A stretch of DNA of 64,000 bases. Origin: Spirochaetia bacterium. GTDB taxonomy: Bacteria > Spirochaetota > Spirochaetia > CAKZLE01. The notes beneath the pieces were generated by a model. That model worked only from the letters and a program-made list of their open reading frames with translations. It was not told where the DNA came from and ran no database searches. A program made the translations under genes and the position numbers. Location: contig OY782041.1 of NCBI GenBank assembly GCA_963677595.1, positions 576,001 through 640,000 of the forward strand, read 5' to 3'. Positions 1 to 8,404 of this stretch are shown piece by piece (within the stretch, counting starts at the first letter, position 1; the number at the start of each line of letters is the position of its first letter).

Positions 1-615
1 GCGTTCAACTTCCTGAGTGCAGGCTGGCCTGATGCCGCAGGGGCGGAACCACACAGCATCCCGAACCCGGCCCACCAGTTCACCGGGGGGCCGAACATGA
101 TGGTCATGTCCTACCGGGTGGACGGCTATGCCATCGAACTCGAGCGTACCTTCTTCACGGGAGAACCGGATGATACCATGAGGGAGCGGTTCGCCCACAT
201 GCTCGAGGCACGGGAGATCGCCTTCTCCATGCTCAAGCCCGGGGTCGCCTGCCATGATGTGGATGCGGCAGTGAGGGAGTTCATCATATCGAAGGGGTAC
301 GCTGAGAACCTCATCCACCGCACCGGCCATGGGATGGGGGTATCGAACCATGAGGGACCCTTCCTCGCCATGGGGTCACAGACCATCCTCGAACCGGGGA
401 TGGTGCTCACCGTGGAGCCAGGGATCTATTTCACCGGACACGGAGCATACCGCCATTCCGATACGGTCGTGATCACAGCGACAGGCTATGAGTGCCTGAC
501 CGAGTTCCCGACCGATATCGGGAGCCTGACCCATACAAAACGGGCAGGATTGTCCACGGTCCTCAAACGCATGATCCTCTCGAGGATGCTGGAGAAAGGC
601 CGGAGGGAAGCGTAG
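1..615 (+). CDS. M24 (Xaa-Pro peptidase/creatinase-like) family protein, 5'-truncated by window edge
   Basis: Frame is open from base 1. HRTGHGMG..HEGP and EPGIY motifs are present. RHSD replaces RIED and ELERT replaces DxTRT, pointing to the creatinase-like branch. Confidence 0.85.
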   Translation, partial: AFNFLSAGWPDAAGAEPHSIPNPAHQFTGGPNMMVMSYRVDGYAIELERTFFTGEPDDTMRERFAHMLEAREIAFSMLKPGVACHDVDAAVREFIISKGYAENLIHRTGHGMGVSNHEGPFLAMGSQTILEPGMVLTVEPGIYFTGHGAYRHSDTVVITATGYECLTEFPTDIGSLTHTKRAGLSTVLKRMILSRMLEKGRREA

Positions 616-1050
616 CTACGCCAGGACCTGCTGGGCGACTTTGAGCGTGTACAGGTCCGGGATCGAGCCGCTCACCCGGCTATCACCATCAAGGAGGTCG
701 AGCCGGAAGGCCATCTCGCCCTCCTCATGGAACAGGAAGGGGTTCATCGCCATGATGATGTTGAGCTTCTTTGCCCCAGGCCTCCTGTTCAAGTCGGCCG
801 TCGCAATCACATTGACCGGTCCCCCATCGGTGCGGGAGGAGAGCCTGGCACGACAGAAGGAGGCAGCATCCTCCCCTTCTTCAAGCACGATCCGGATGAA
901 GAAGGCGAGGTTCTTGGCCCTGGGCCAGGAGTCCTTCTTTGCCGGGGGGACATGGAAGATTATCGCATCATCATAGATCCCCATCAGGGAGTGCTTATTC
1001 CCGACCTCCCTCCTGATATCCTCACAGATGATGCATGCTTTCAGTCTCAT
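616..1050 (-). CDS. DUF6941-like hypothetical protein (144 aa), third gene of the TA operon
   Basis: Start re-assigned to MRLKACIICEDIRREVGNKHSLMGIY with AGGAG upstream. The CEDIRxExxxKxSLxGI motif resembles DUF6941 (from memory). The sequence is beta-strand rich. Confidence 0.65.
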   Translation of the reverse strand: MRLKACIICEDIRREVGNKHSLMGIYDDAIIFHVPPAKKDSWPRAKNLAFFIRIVLEEGEDAASFCRARLSSRTDGGPVNVIATADLNRRPGAKKLNIIMAMNPFLFHEEGEMAFRLDLLDGDSRVSGSIPDLYTLKVAQQVLA

Positions 1051-1057
1051 ACGTTCT

Positions 1058-1675
1058 TCACTCCTTGGGGCAGCTGTCGCCGGGTTCGGCGGTAGCGGTA
1101 TCGAAGTCACAGCAGCCCTCCTCCAGCTGTAACGCCGGGGCGGCCGTGCAGTAGACGGTATCATCGCAGGGTGCACTCTCCGGGCTGACCGTCTGTACCG
1201 GGTTCGGGAAGGACATCCCGTCGATCAGCTTCCCGGTGATCAGCTTCAGGAAGTACTTCTGGGAGAAATCATAATCATACTTCTCCTCTGCAATATCCAG
1301 CAGCCAGGGAAAGGTCCTGAGCATGTTGAAGAGGGTATACGCCGCAGCACTGGGTCTTGAGTTCCCCGTCTTCCACTTCGATATCGTCCGCTGGGGCAAG
1401 TCGAGGACCCGCTCCATGGAAGCGAAGCTGTATCTGTTCTCAAGGAAGTACTCGAGGATGTTCTCCATGGCTTCCTTCTTCAGATCAGCCTCTGCAGCCT
1501 GCAGCAGGGCATCCGGGTCTCCCTCGGCATACACCTCATATTCACAGCTCCCGCACGTACGTGTGCTGTAGTCGACCGTCCTGGAACTCCCCGAATAGGG
1601 TTCGGTGACCACAAGGGAATCATTCCTGATGACTACCGAGGCCTCCCCGCACAGGGGGCAAACGTTTCGGCTCAT
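1058..1675 (-). CDS. MqsA-like antitoxin (Zn ribbon + XRE HTH) with long C-terminal tail
   Basis: CPLC...CGSC zinc ribbon followed by an HTH (SFASMERVLDLPQRTISKWKTGNSRPS). 4-nt overlap with the upstream toxin; GGAGG RBS. Confidence 0.8.
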   Translation of the reverse strand: MSRNVCPLCGEASVVIRNDSLVVTEPYSGSSRTVDYSTRTCGSCEYEVYAEGDPDALLQAAEADLKKEAMENILEYFLENRYSFASMERVLDLPQRTISKWKTGNSRPSAAAYTLFNMLRTFPWLLDIAEEKYDYDFSQKYFLKLITGKLIDGMSFPNPVQTVSPESAPCDDTVYCTAAPALQLEEGCCDFDTATAEPGDSCPKE

Positions 1676-2055
1676 GTTATACCTCCGTTATACAGGCAGC
1701 CGTCCACAGCGAGGGAACAGGTCGATCGCTTGAAGGACTTCAGGTACCATCTCCCGCTCACCGGGTTGTTGAGGAAGGCGATGTACCCGGTCTTCCTGCC
1801 CGACGTGAACAGGTAGGAATCCACCCAGACGGGATGCTCCCGGTCTGGGATGATATGCCCTACATGATTCCTCAAGACCTCCGACCGATCGAACCTGAGG
1901 TTCTCCAGTCCGCCGTTCCCGATGAAATCGAGCAGCCGCCCCGTCCCCCGTATGTTGAAATCGGCATAGGCATCCCTCACAGCTGCCGGCCTGACATCGA
2001 TGTTCGTATGGGTCCGGCAGGAACAAAAGAACGCCTCGGCTGTATATACTACCAT
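1672..2055 (-). CDS. Putative MqsR/RelE-fold mRNA interferase toxin
   Basis: 127 aa, toxin-first position before an MqsA-like gene. C-terminal DSY...YIAF...WYLKSFK resembles the MqsR end motif. Confidence 0.6.
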   Translation of the reverse strand: MVVYTAEAFFCSCRTHTNIDVRPAAVRDAYADFNIRGTGRLLDFIGNGGLENLRFDRSEVLRNHVGHIIPDREHPVWVDSYLFTSGRKTGYIAFLNNPVSGRWYLKSFKRSTCSLAVDGCLYNGGIT

Positions 2056-2069
2056 GCCTGTACTACCAG

Positions 2070-2096
2070 ATTATACGTTACGTATACGTTTGTCAA
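2070..2096 (-). promoter_or_regulatory. Sigma70 promoter with overlapping palindromic operator for the TA operon
   Basis: TTGACA-15 nt-TATAAT on the minus strand (spacer is short). Palindromes TATACGT-T-ACGTATA (2072-2086) and ACGTATACGT (2080-2089) overlap the spacer and -10. Confidence 0.7.
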
Positions 2097-2338
2097 TGTT
2101 TCGTATCTTTTTTCCATACCCACCATAGAATTTCTCCTCCTTCACAAGGATATTCACCAGGACACCCGAGAACCAGGCTCCTGCATGGTATCTCACTGAA
2201 CAGATTCCCGCTATTTCCTAGTTTCATGACGGGCTTCCCATTTCAGGGTACCCCCCCCCTACCGCCTGGGATCAGCCATTAACCTTTTACCGGTATGCAC
2301 TCACTGTGTTACAATGGTAGGAAAGGAGATGGCGAGCC

Positions 2339-5300
2339 ATGGCGATAGAATTCGATATGACACTCTTCCTACTCAGGAACCTGGGAATCGTCCTCGCTTC
2401 CATCGGCGCCGTGCTCCTGACGGCCTGGCTGGTCAAGGGGAGACCGAAGCAGCTCAGCATCAGGCATTCCCTCATAACCATCGGGTTCGTCTACGCGGGG
2501 ATGCTCCTCTCGATCACCTTCTTCGTGATACTCCTGCACCATACTTTCGAGCAAGAGGATGAGATCGCTGACCACAACCTGGAATCTGTCTATCTCGCCT
2601 TCGAGCTGAAGCGCTCATCAGACGATCTCACCCGTTTCGCACGCTCCTATGCGGTGACGGGCGATCCCGATTACGAGGAGTATTTCTACCGAAGCGTTGC
2701 TGTCCGGGACGGGGTCATCCCCCACCCTGCGACCATCACCCCCTTCTACTGGGACTACGAAGCTGCAGGAGAGATGGGGATCGACACGAATGGTGAGTCC
2801 TACAGCATCGAGGAACGGATCCTGGCACTGGAGCTCACCGCAAAGGAAGAGGAGAAGCTCCTGGGGGCAAAGAAGGAGTCGGATGACCTGATCAGCCTCG
2901 AGCAGCGGGCCTTCAATGCCATGAAAGGCATATTCCCCGATGAGGCAGGTGCTTATACGGTCGAAGGGGCCCCTGACATGCCCCTGGCACAGCAGCTGCT
3001 CTACGGGGAGGAATACCTCCAGTCGAAAGCGGCGATCATGAAGCTGCTCGAACAGTTCTTCTCGCTGCACCAGGTGAGGATGTCCAGTGAGAAGCTGCTG
3101 CTGTACACCAAAGTCAATGCGCTCATGGTTACCATCACCCTGCTGGTCACCATGATGATCGGGTTCTCGGTCTATGTCTTCTTCCTCCTGAGGAGTCGCA
3201 TCATACAGCCGTTCAATGCCTTCGAACAGGGGGCGGAAGCCTTCAGGAAGGGGGATTTCCAGCACCAGATCGAGGTCGGTTCAGACGATGAGATCGGCTC
3301 CCTCGCCGCACTCCTCAACACGACCGCACGGAGCGTCGGGGAGAGGACCTCCCAGCTCCATGCCACCATCGAGTCGACCACTGACGGTATCCTGGTACTC
3401 GACCTGAACCAGAAGATAACCTCGTACAACGCTCGGTTCCTCAGGATCTGGAAGATAACCCGGGAGATGATCGAGACGGAGGATGACCAGACCATGTGGG
3501 AGGTCTTCCTCTCCCAGCTGCAGGACCCTGAGGGGTTCATGAGGAACTTCGAGCATATAACGGCACATCCCGAGATAGAGGACTTCTCCACCCTCCTCCT
3601 GCAGGATGGACGGATCATTGAACGCTATTCCAGGCCCCAGCGCCTGGAAGACCAGATCATCGGCAGGGTATGGAGTTTCCGGGATGTCACGGAACGCTAC
3701 CAGACAGAGGCTGAGATGAGAAAACTCTCCCAGGCTGTAGAAGCCAATCCCGCCTCTGTCGTGATCACCGATACGGCCGGGACCATCGAGTACGTCAACC
3801 CGAAGTTCAGCGAGATGACGGGCTACGCTCCCGAAGAGGCCATCGGCAGGAAGCCGAACCTGCTCAAGTCTGGTACCCATGCCCCTGAGTTCTACCAGGG
3901 ACTGTGGGACACGATCTCTTCCGGGAGGGTCTGGCACGGTGAGCTCTGCAACAGGAGGAGGGACGGCTCGCTCTACTGGGAATCGGCATCGATCGCACCG
4001 GTACAGGACGAGCAGGGACGGATCACCAACTATGTCGCGGTCAAGGAGGACATCACCGAGCGCAAGGAGCTGGAGACGACGCTCAGGACACATGATGAAC
4101 GGCTGAAGGAAGCGGCCAAGATAGCGGATCTCGGTTATTTCGAGGTTGATCTCCATACCCTGAGAGGGACCTTCGATGAGTTCCTGTGGGAGCAGCTGGG
4201 GACCTCGATCGAGGAGGAGGGAACCGATGAGATCAAGGTCAGCACCTACCTGGAACGGTTCTGCCACCCTGATGACCGGGAGACTATCACGCGTGAACTG
4301 CAGCACCTCATGGAGGCTTCGGAGGCCCTCTACACGGAACTCGAATACCGCATCATTAGGACGGACGGGACCCCCCGGAACGTCTATGTGCGATACAGGC
4401 TCCAGCTTGACGGAGAGCATAAGCCGCAGAAGGTATATGGTGTCATCCAGGATATAACAGCAAGGAAGCAGGCGGAGCTGGAGATCCTCAAAACCCGGGA
4501 AGAAGCGAAAAAGAATGAGGAGAAGCTGATCGAGGCTGCCGAGATCTCGAACCTGGGCTACTTCGAGCTTGACCTGCATACCCTCATTTTCACCCTCGAC
4601 AGCCTCCTGTGGAAGCAGTTGGGCACATCTATCGAGGAACAGGGGGGGAACAGCATCGACGCAGCCGAGTACCTGATGACCTACTGCCACCCTGAGGATC
4701 GCAGCAGGATCGAGTGGCACATCCAGCGGTCACTGGCCGCGCATGAAGTGATCGAGGACCAGATGGAGTACCGGGTACTCCTGGGGGACAGTACGATCAG
4801 GAATTTCGATGTCAGGTACCGTGTCCTGGTTGATGCCCAGGGAGTACCCTACAGGTCATACGGCTTCCACCATGATGTGACAGGTCTCAAACAGGCTGAA
4901 CAGGAGATCCTGCTGGCTAAGGAGGCTGCCGAGAAAGCCACTCTCGCGAAGAGCGAGTTCCTCGCCAACATGAGCCATGAGATCAGGACCCCGATGAACG
5001 CGATCATCGGGATGAGCCAGCTCGCACTCAGGACCGAGATGCCCTCCAGGCAGAGAGACTACCTGAAGAAGGTCGAGACCTCCTCGAGGACACTCCTGAA
5101 CATCATCAACGACATCCTCGATTTCTCCAAGATCGAGGCCGGCAGGCTCGATCTGGAATCCATCCCCTTCTCTCTCGATGATGTCCTGACCACCCTCTCC
5201 GACATGATCGCGGTCAGCTGCCAGGCCAAAGGGATCGAGTTCGTCTTCGATACCGATCCCCGGCTCTCCGGGCAGCTGGTCGGGGATCCCCTGAGGATAG

Positions 5301-7102
5301 GACAGATCCTTCTCAATCTCTGCAGTAATGCCGTCAAGTTCACCGATGAAGGGGCGATCGTACTTACCGCCGAGGTAGAGAAGCAGTATGATGCGGGGCT
5401 GATGGTGCGGTTCAGCGTACGGGATACCGGGATCGGCCTGACAGTCGAACAGCAGGAGCGGCTGTTCCAGTCCTTCTTCCAGGCTGACTCCTCGACCACC
5501 AGGCAGTACGGCGGTACCGGCCTTGGGCTTGCTATCTGCAGGAACCTTAGCACCCTCATGGGCGGGGATATCGGGGTGAGTTCCCAGCCGGGAAAGGGGA
5601 GCACCTTCTGGGTCACGGTTCGCCTTGGGGGCCTATCCGCAGGATCTAAAGCCTCTCCTGAGAGTTCGCAGCGCCGCAGGGTCCTGATCGTAGAGGGCAA
5701 TAAGACGACAGCGGGGGCCTTGGGCCGGATGGCGGAGAGTCTCGGGCTGGAGGTAACGACAGCCGATTCACCGGGGGAAGCCGCCGAGCTGCTGGTACAG
5801 GAAGAGAAGGAGGTGCCTATCTCCATGGCGCTTATCGATGCCCGGCTGCCGTATGCAGACCTGCAGGGGATCGGGGGCGAACAGGTACGCACCGTCGTCC
5901 TGGTCACCGCTTTCCTCCAGGAAGAGCTGATCAGGGACGCCGGGGAAGTAGGGATCACCTCCTACCTCATCAAGCCGGTCTGCAGGTCTCAGCTTGGCAG
6001 GCTGGTCGATGGAGAGCCGGCCGGTATCCAGCAGGGAACGGCTGGGCTTGTCGAAACCGTAGATATCGAACCGATCCGCGGGGCAAGGATCCTGCTCGTC
6101 GAGGACAATGAGTTCAACCAGCAGGTTGCCGCCGAACTGCTCAGGGGTGAGGGGTTCTTCGTCACGATAGCCGTGAACGGGGAAGAAGCCGTGGAGGCCG
6201 TCGTCTCAGCAGGGCCTGCATCATGGGACGCCGTGCTCATGGACCTCCATATGCCGGTCCTGGACGGGTTCACGGCGGCACGTAGGATCCATGAAGATGA
6301 ACGGTACAGGAATCTTCCCGTCATTGCCATGACCGCAGATGCCCAGGAGGGTACAAGAGGACGGATCGCTGCCGGGGGGATGGTCGATTTCGTGACCAAG
6401 CCGTTCGAGGTCGGCACCCTCTTCTCGACCTTACGGAAATGGATCAAGCCGGGAAACCGCACACTGCCGGAAGGATACAGCATACCGGGCAGGGGGCAGA
6501 AGATCTCACTTATACTGCCGGGCATAGATTGTGATGCAGGACTCGCGAGGGTAGACAACCATCCCGGCAGGTATCTGAAGCTGCTGCGAACGTTCGTCTC
6601 CAACCAGGAAGGGACAGCCCTCCTCATCCGGGACAGTCTGGATTCCGGGGACCTGGAGACGGCATACCGGGCAGCCCATACACTCAAGAGCGTCTCCGGC
6701 ACCCTCGGTGCCAAAGCCCTGCAGGAGAAAGCAAGGGCCTTGGAGACCGCCCTGCAGCAGGGGGAAGCACCAACTGCCCGTACCTTGTTGGAGGACGTCA
6801 GAACGGTACTGCACAGCACCCTCACGGTCATCCGTAACGGCCTGCCGGAACTCGAACTGCTGTACCAGGATGAGGGATCCGGTGATGGGGAGAGCCTCCA
6901 GGAGCTCTCTGCACAGCTCGGGCAGCGCCTGCTGGAAGATGATGCACGGGCTGAGGAGCTCATCGAACGGATGCTGGTCATGGCTGAAGGGCCATTGGAG
7001 CGGGAGGCCTACCGGTCGATCCAGGAAGACATCCTGGATATCGAATACAGGAAAGCCTACAAGAAGTTAACACAGATGGAGAGAGGAGGATCCGATGGCT
7101 AA
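2339..7102 (+). CDS. Membrane hybrid sensor histidine kinase (TM, HAMP, 4 PAS, HisKA, HATPase, 2 REC, HPt)
   Basis: FLANMSHEIRTPMN H-box, NAVKFT, DTGIG, GGTGLGL, REC MDLHMP and HPt AHTLKS motifs. Confidence 0.95.
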   Translation: MAIEFDMTLFLLRNLGIVLASIGAVLLTAWLVKGRPKQLSIRHSLITIGFVYAGMLLSITFFVILLHHTFEQEDEIADHNLESVYLAFELKRSSDDLTRFARSYAVTGDPDYEEYFYRSVAVRDGVIPHPATITPFYWDYEAAGEMGIDTNGESYSIEERILALELTAKEEEKLLGAKKESDDLISLEQRAFNAMKGIFPDEAGAYTVEGAPDMPLAQQLLYGEEYLQSKAAIMKLLEQFFSLHQVRMSSEKLLLYTKVNALMVTITLLVTMMIGFSVYVFFLLRSRIIQPFNAFEQGAEAFRKGDFQHQIEVGSDDEIGSLAALLNTTARSVGERTSQLHATIESTTDGILVLDLNQKITSYNARFLRIWKITREMIETEDDQTMWEVFLSQLQDPEGFMRNFEHITAHPEIEDFSTLLLQDGRIIERYSRPQRLEDQIIGRVWSFRDVTERYQTEAEMRKLSQAVEANPASVVITDTAGTIEYVNPKFSEMTGYAPEEAIGRKPNLLKSGTHAPEFYQGLWDTISSGRVWHGELCNRRRDGSLYWESASIAPVQDEQGRITNYVAVKEDITERKELETTLRTHDERLKEAAKIADLGYFEVDLHTLRGTFDEFLWEQLGTSIEEEGTDEIKVSTYLERFCHPDDRETITRELQHLMEASEALYTELEYRIIRTDGTPRNVYVRYRLQLDGEHKPQKVYGVIQDITARKQAELEILKTREEAKKNEEKLIEAAEISNLGYFELDLHTLIFTLDSLLWKQLGTSIEEQGGNSIDAAEYLMTYCHPEDRSRIEWHIQRSLAAHEVIEDQMEYRVLLGDSTIRNFDVRYRVLVDAQGVPYRSYGFHHDVTGLKQAEQEILLAKEAAEKATLAKSEFLANMSHEIRTPMNAIIGMSQLALRTEMPSRQRDYLKKVETSSRTLLNIINDILDFSKIEAGRLDLESIPFSLDDVLTTLSDMIAVSCQAKGIEFVFDTDPRLSGQLVGDPLRIGQILLNLCSNAVKFTDEGAIVLTAEVEKQYDAGLMVRFSVRDTGIGLTVEQQERLFQSFFQADSSTTRQYGGTGLGLAICRNLSTLMGGDIGVSSQPGKGSTFWVTVRLGGLSAGSKASPESSQRRRVLIVEGNKTTAGALGRMAESLGLEVTTADSPGEAAELLVQEEKEVPISMALIDARLPYADLQGIGGEQVRTVVLVTAFLQEELIRDAGEVGITSYLIKPVCRSQLGRLVDGEPAGIQQGTAGLVETVDIEPIRGARILLVEDNEFNQQVAAELLRGEGFFVTIAVNGEEAVEAVVSAGPASWDAVLMDLHMPVLDGFTAARRIHEDERYRNLPVIAMTADAQEGTRGRIAAGGMVDFVTKPFEVGTLFSTLRKWIKPGNRTLPEGYSIPGRGQKISLILPGIDCDAGLARVDNHPGRYLKLLRTFVSNQEGTALLIRDSLDSGDLETAYRAAHTLKSVSGTLGAKALQEKARALETALQQGEAPTARTLLEDVRTVLHSTLTVIRNGLPELELLYQDEGSGDGESLQELSAQLGQRLLEDDARAEELIERMLVMAEGPLEREAYRSIQEDILDIEYRKAYKKLTQMERGGSDG

Positions 7103-8171
7103 GATCCTGATCGTTGACGACTCCGCCGAGAATCGCGGGATCATCAAGGGACTGCTGGGAGAGTCGCATACTATCTATCTCGCGAAGGACGGCAGTCAGG
7201 CCCTGCGCCTGGCCCGGACACGGGTCCCGGACCTCATCCTGATGGATGTGGTCATGCCGGTGACTGACGGGTATGAGGCCTGCAGGATCCTGAAGGGGGA
7301 CAGTCTCACCGCTGACATACCCATCATCTTCCTCACCTCACTCGATGAGACTGATGATGAGACCAAGGGACTGGAACTTGGTGCTGTCGACTATATCACG
7401 AAGCCGATCACCCCCGCGGTCCTCAAGGCTCGGGTCAGGACCCACCTTGAGCTGAAAGCCTCGGGAGACCTCCTGAAGCGCCATAACGAGGACCTTGAGG
7501 AGAAGGTCCTCGAGAGGACACGACAGCTTGAACAGCTCCATGATGTGACGGTCATAGCCATGAGTGCCCTTGCAGAATCAAGGGACTTCGAGACCGGCTA
7601 CCATATTCGGAGAACCCAGTATTATGTGGAGGCCCTCGCACAGGAACTCAGGGAGAGACCGGGATTCAGCGAAGCCCTGACCCCCGAGAACATCGTCTCG
7701 ATCGTGAAATCCACACCCCTCCATGATATAGGGAAGATCGGGATCCCCGACAGGATCCTGCAGAAGCCGGGAAAACTGACCGCGGAGGAGTTCGAGATCA
7801 TGAAGCAGCACACGATCATCGGCAGGGATGCCATCATCGCCGCAGAACGATCCATGACGATCACCGATGATTTCCTGCAGTACGCCAAGGAGATCACCTG
7901 TTCCCATCATGAGCGGTGGGACGGCACCGGTTACCCGGAGGGGTTGAAAGGCGGGGAGATCCCCCTCTCGGCACGGATGATGGCCATCGCCGATGTGTAT
8001 GATGCCCTGATCTGCCGCAGGGTCTATAAACCACCCTTCTCCCATGAACAGGCTGTGAAGATCATCACAGAGGGAAGAGGGACCCATTTCGATCCCGACA
8101 TGGTAGATGCGTTCCTCGAGATCTCCGACCAGTTCCGCATGATATCAAAGCAGTTCAGTGAGACAGAATGA
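7095..8171 (+). CDS. REC + HD-GYP response regulator (RpfG-like c-di-GMP phosphodiesterase)
   Basis: N-terminal REC domain; LHDIGKIG, HHERWDGTGYP and ADVYDAL motifs; overlaps the kinase stop. Confidence 0.95.
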   Translation: MAKILIVDDSAENRGIIKGLLGESHTIYLAKDGSQALRLARTRVPDLILMDVVMPVTDGYEACRILKGDSLTADIPIIFLTSLDETDDETKGLELGAVDYITKPITPAVLKARVRTHLELKASGDLLKRHNEDLEEKVLERTRQLEQLHDVTVIAMSALAESRDFETGYHIRRTQYYVEALAQELRERPGFSEALTPENIVSIVKSTPLHDIGKIGIPDRILQKPGKLTAEEFEIMKQHTIIGRDAIIAAERSMTITDDFLQYAKEITCSHHERWDGTGYPEGLKGGEIPLSARMMAIADVYDALICRRVYKPPFSHEQAVKIITEGRGTHFDPDMVDAFLEISDQFRMISKQFSETE

Positions 8172-8294
8172 CACAGAAAAATGCTTACGATTCTGTAGGA
8201 TGAACAGGGAGAAACCATACAATAATGTAATCTTTACCAAAAAATGGATAGCGTATTCATCGCATGACAGGCCTGAATCCTACGTTTTCTGTGT

Positions 8295-8311
8295 TTGGTA
8301 CGGAAAATGCT
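8295..8311 (+). promoter_or_regulatory. Putative sigma54 (-24/-12) promoter of the molybdoenzyme operon
   Basis: TTGGTACGGAAAATGCT has GG-N10-GC spacing and is close to the TGGCAC-N5-TTGC consensus. Confidence 0.5.
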
Positions 8312-8404
8312 GCTAAAACAGCTGTGACCTGATTCATTATAATCAGGATCTTTCATACACTGTTGTGTATCGAATAAACAAAGAACTATATGGAAGAGGA
8401 ACGC

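Noticed and set aside
1051-1176. N-terminal extension of ORF 616-1176
   Set aside because: It overlaps the antitoxin; the RBS and family motif support the start at 1050.
2251-2259. Poly-C9 tract upstream of the kinase as a phase-variation switch
   Set aside because: It is intergenic and not within an identifiable promoter spacer; there is no evidence of length variation.
3281-4720. Long antisense ORFs (479 aa here; also 25518-26873, 20812-21840, 16673-17590)
   Set aside because: They are shadows of well-supported genes in GC-rich coding DNA and carry no motifs.
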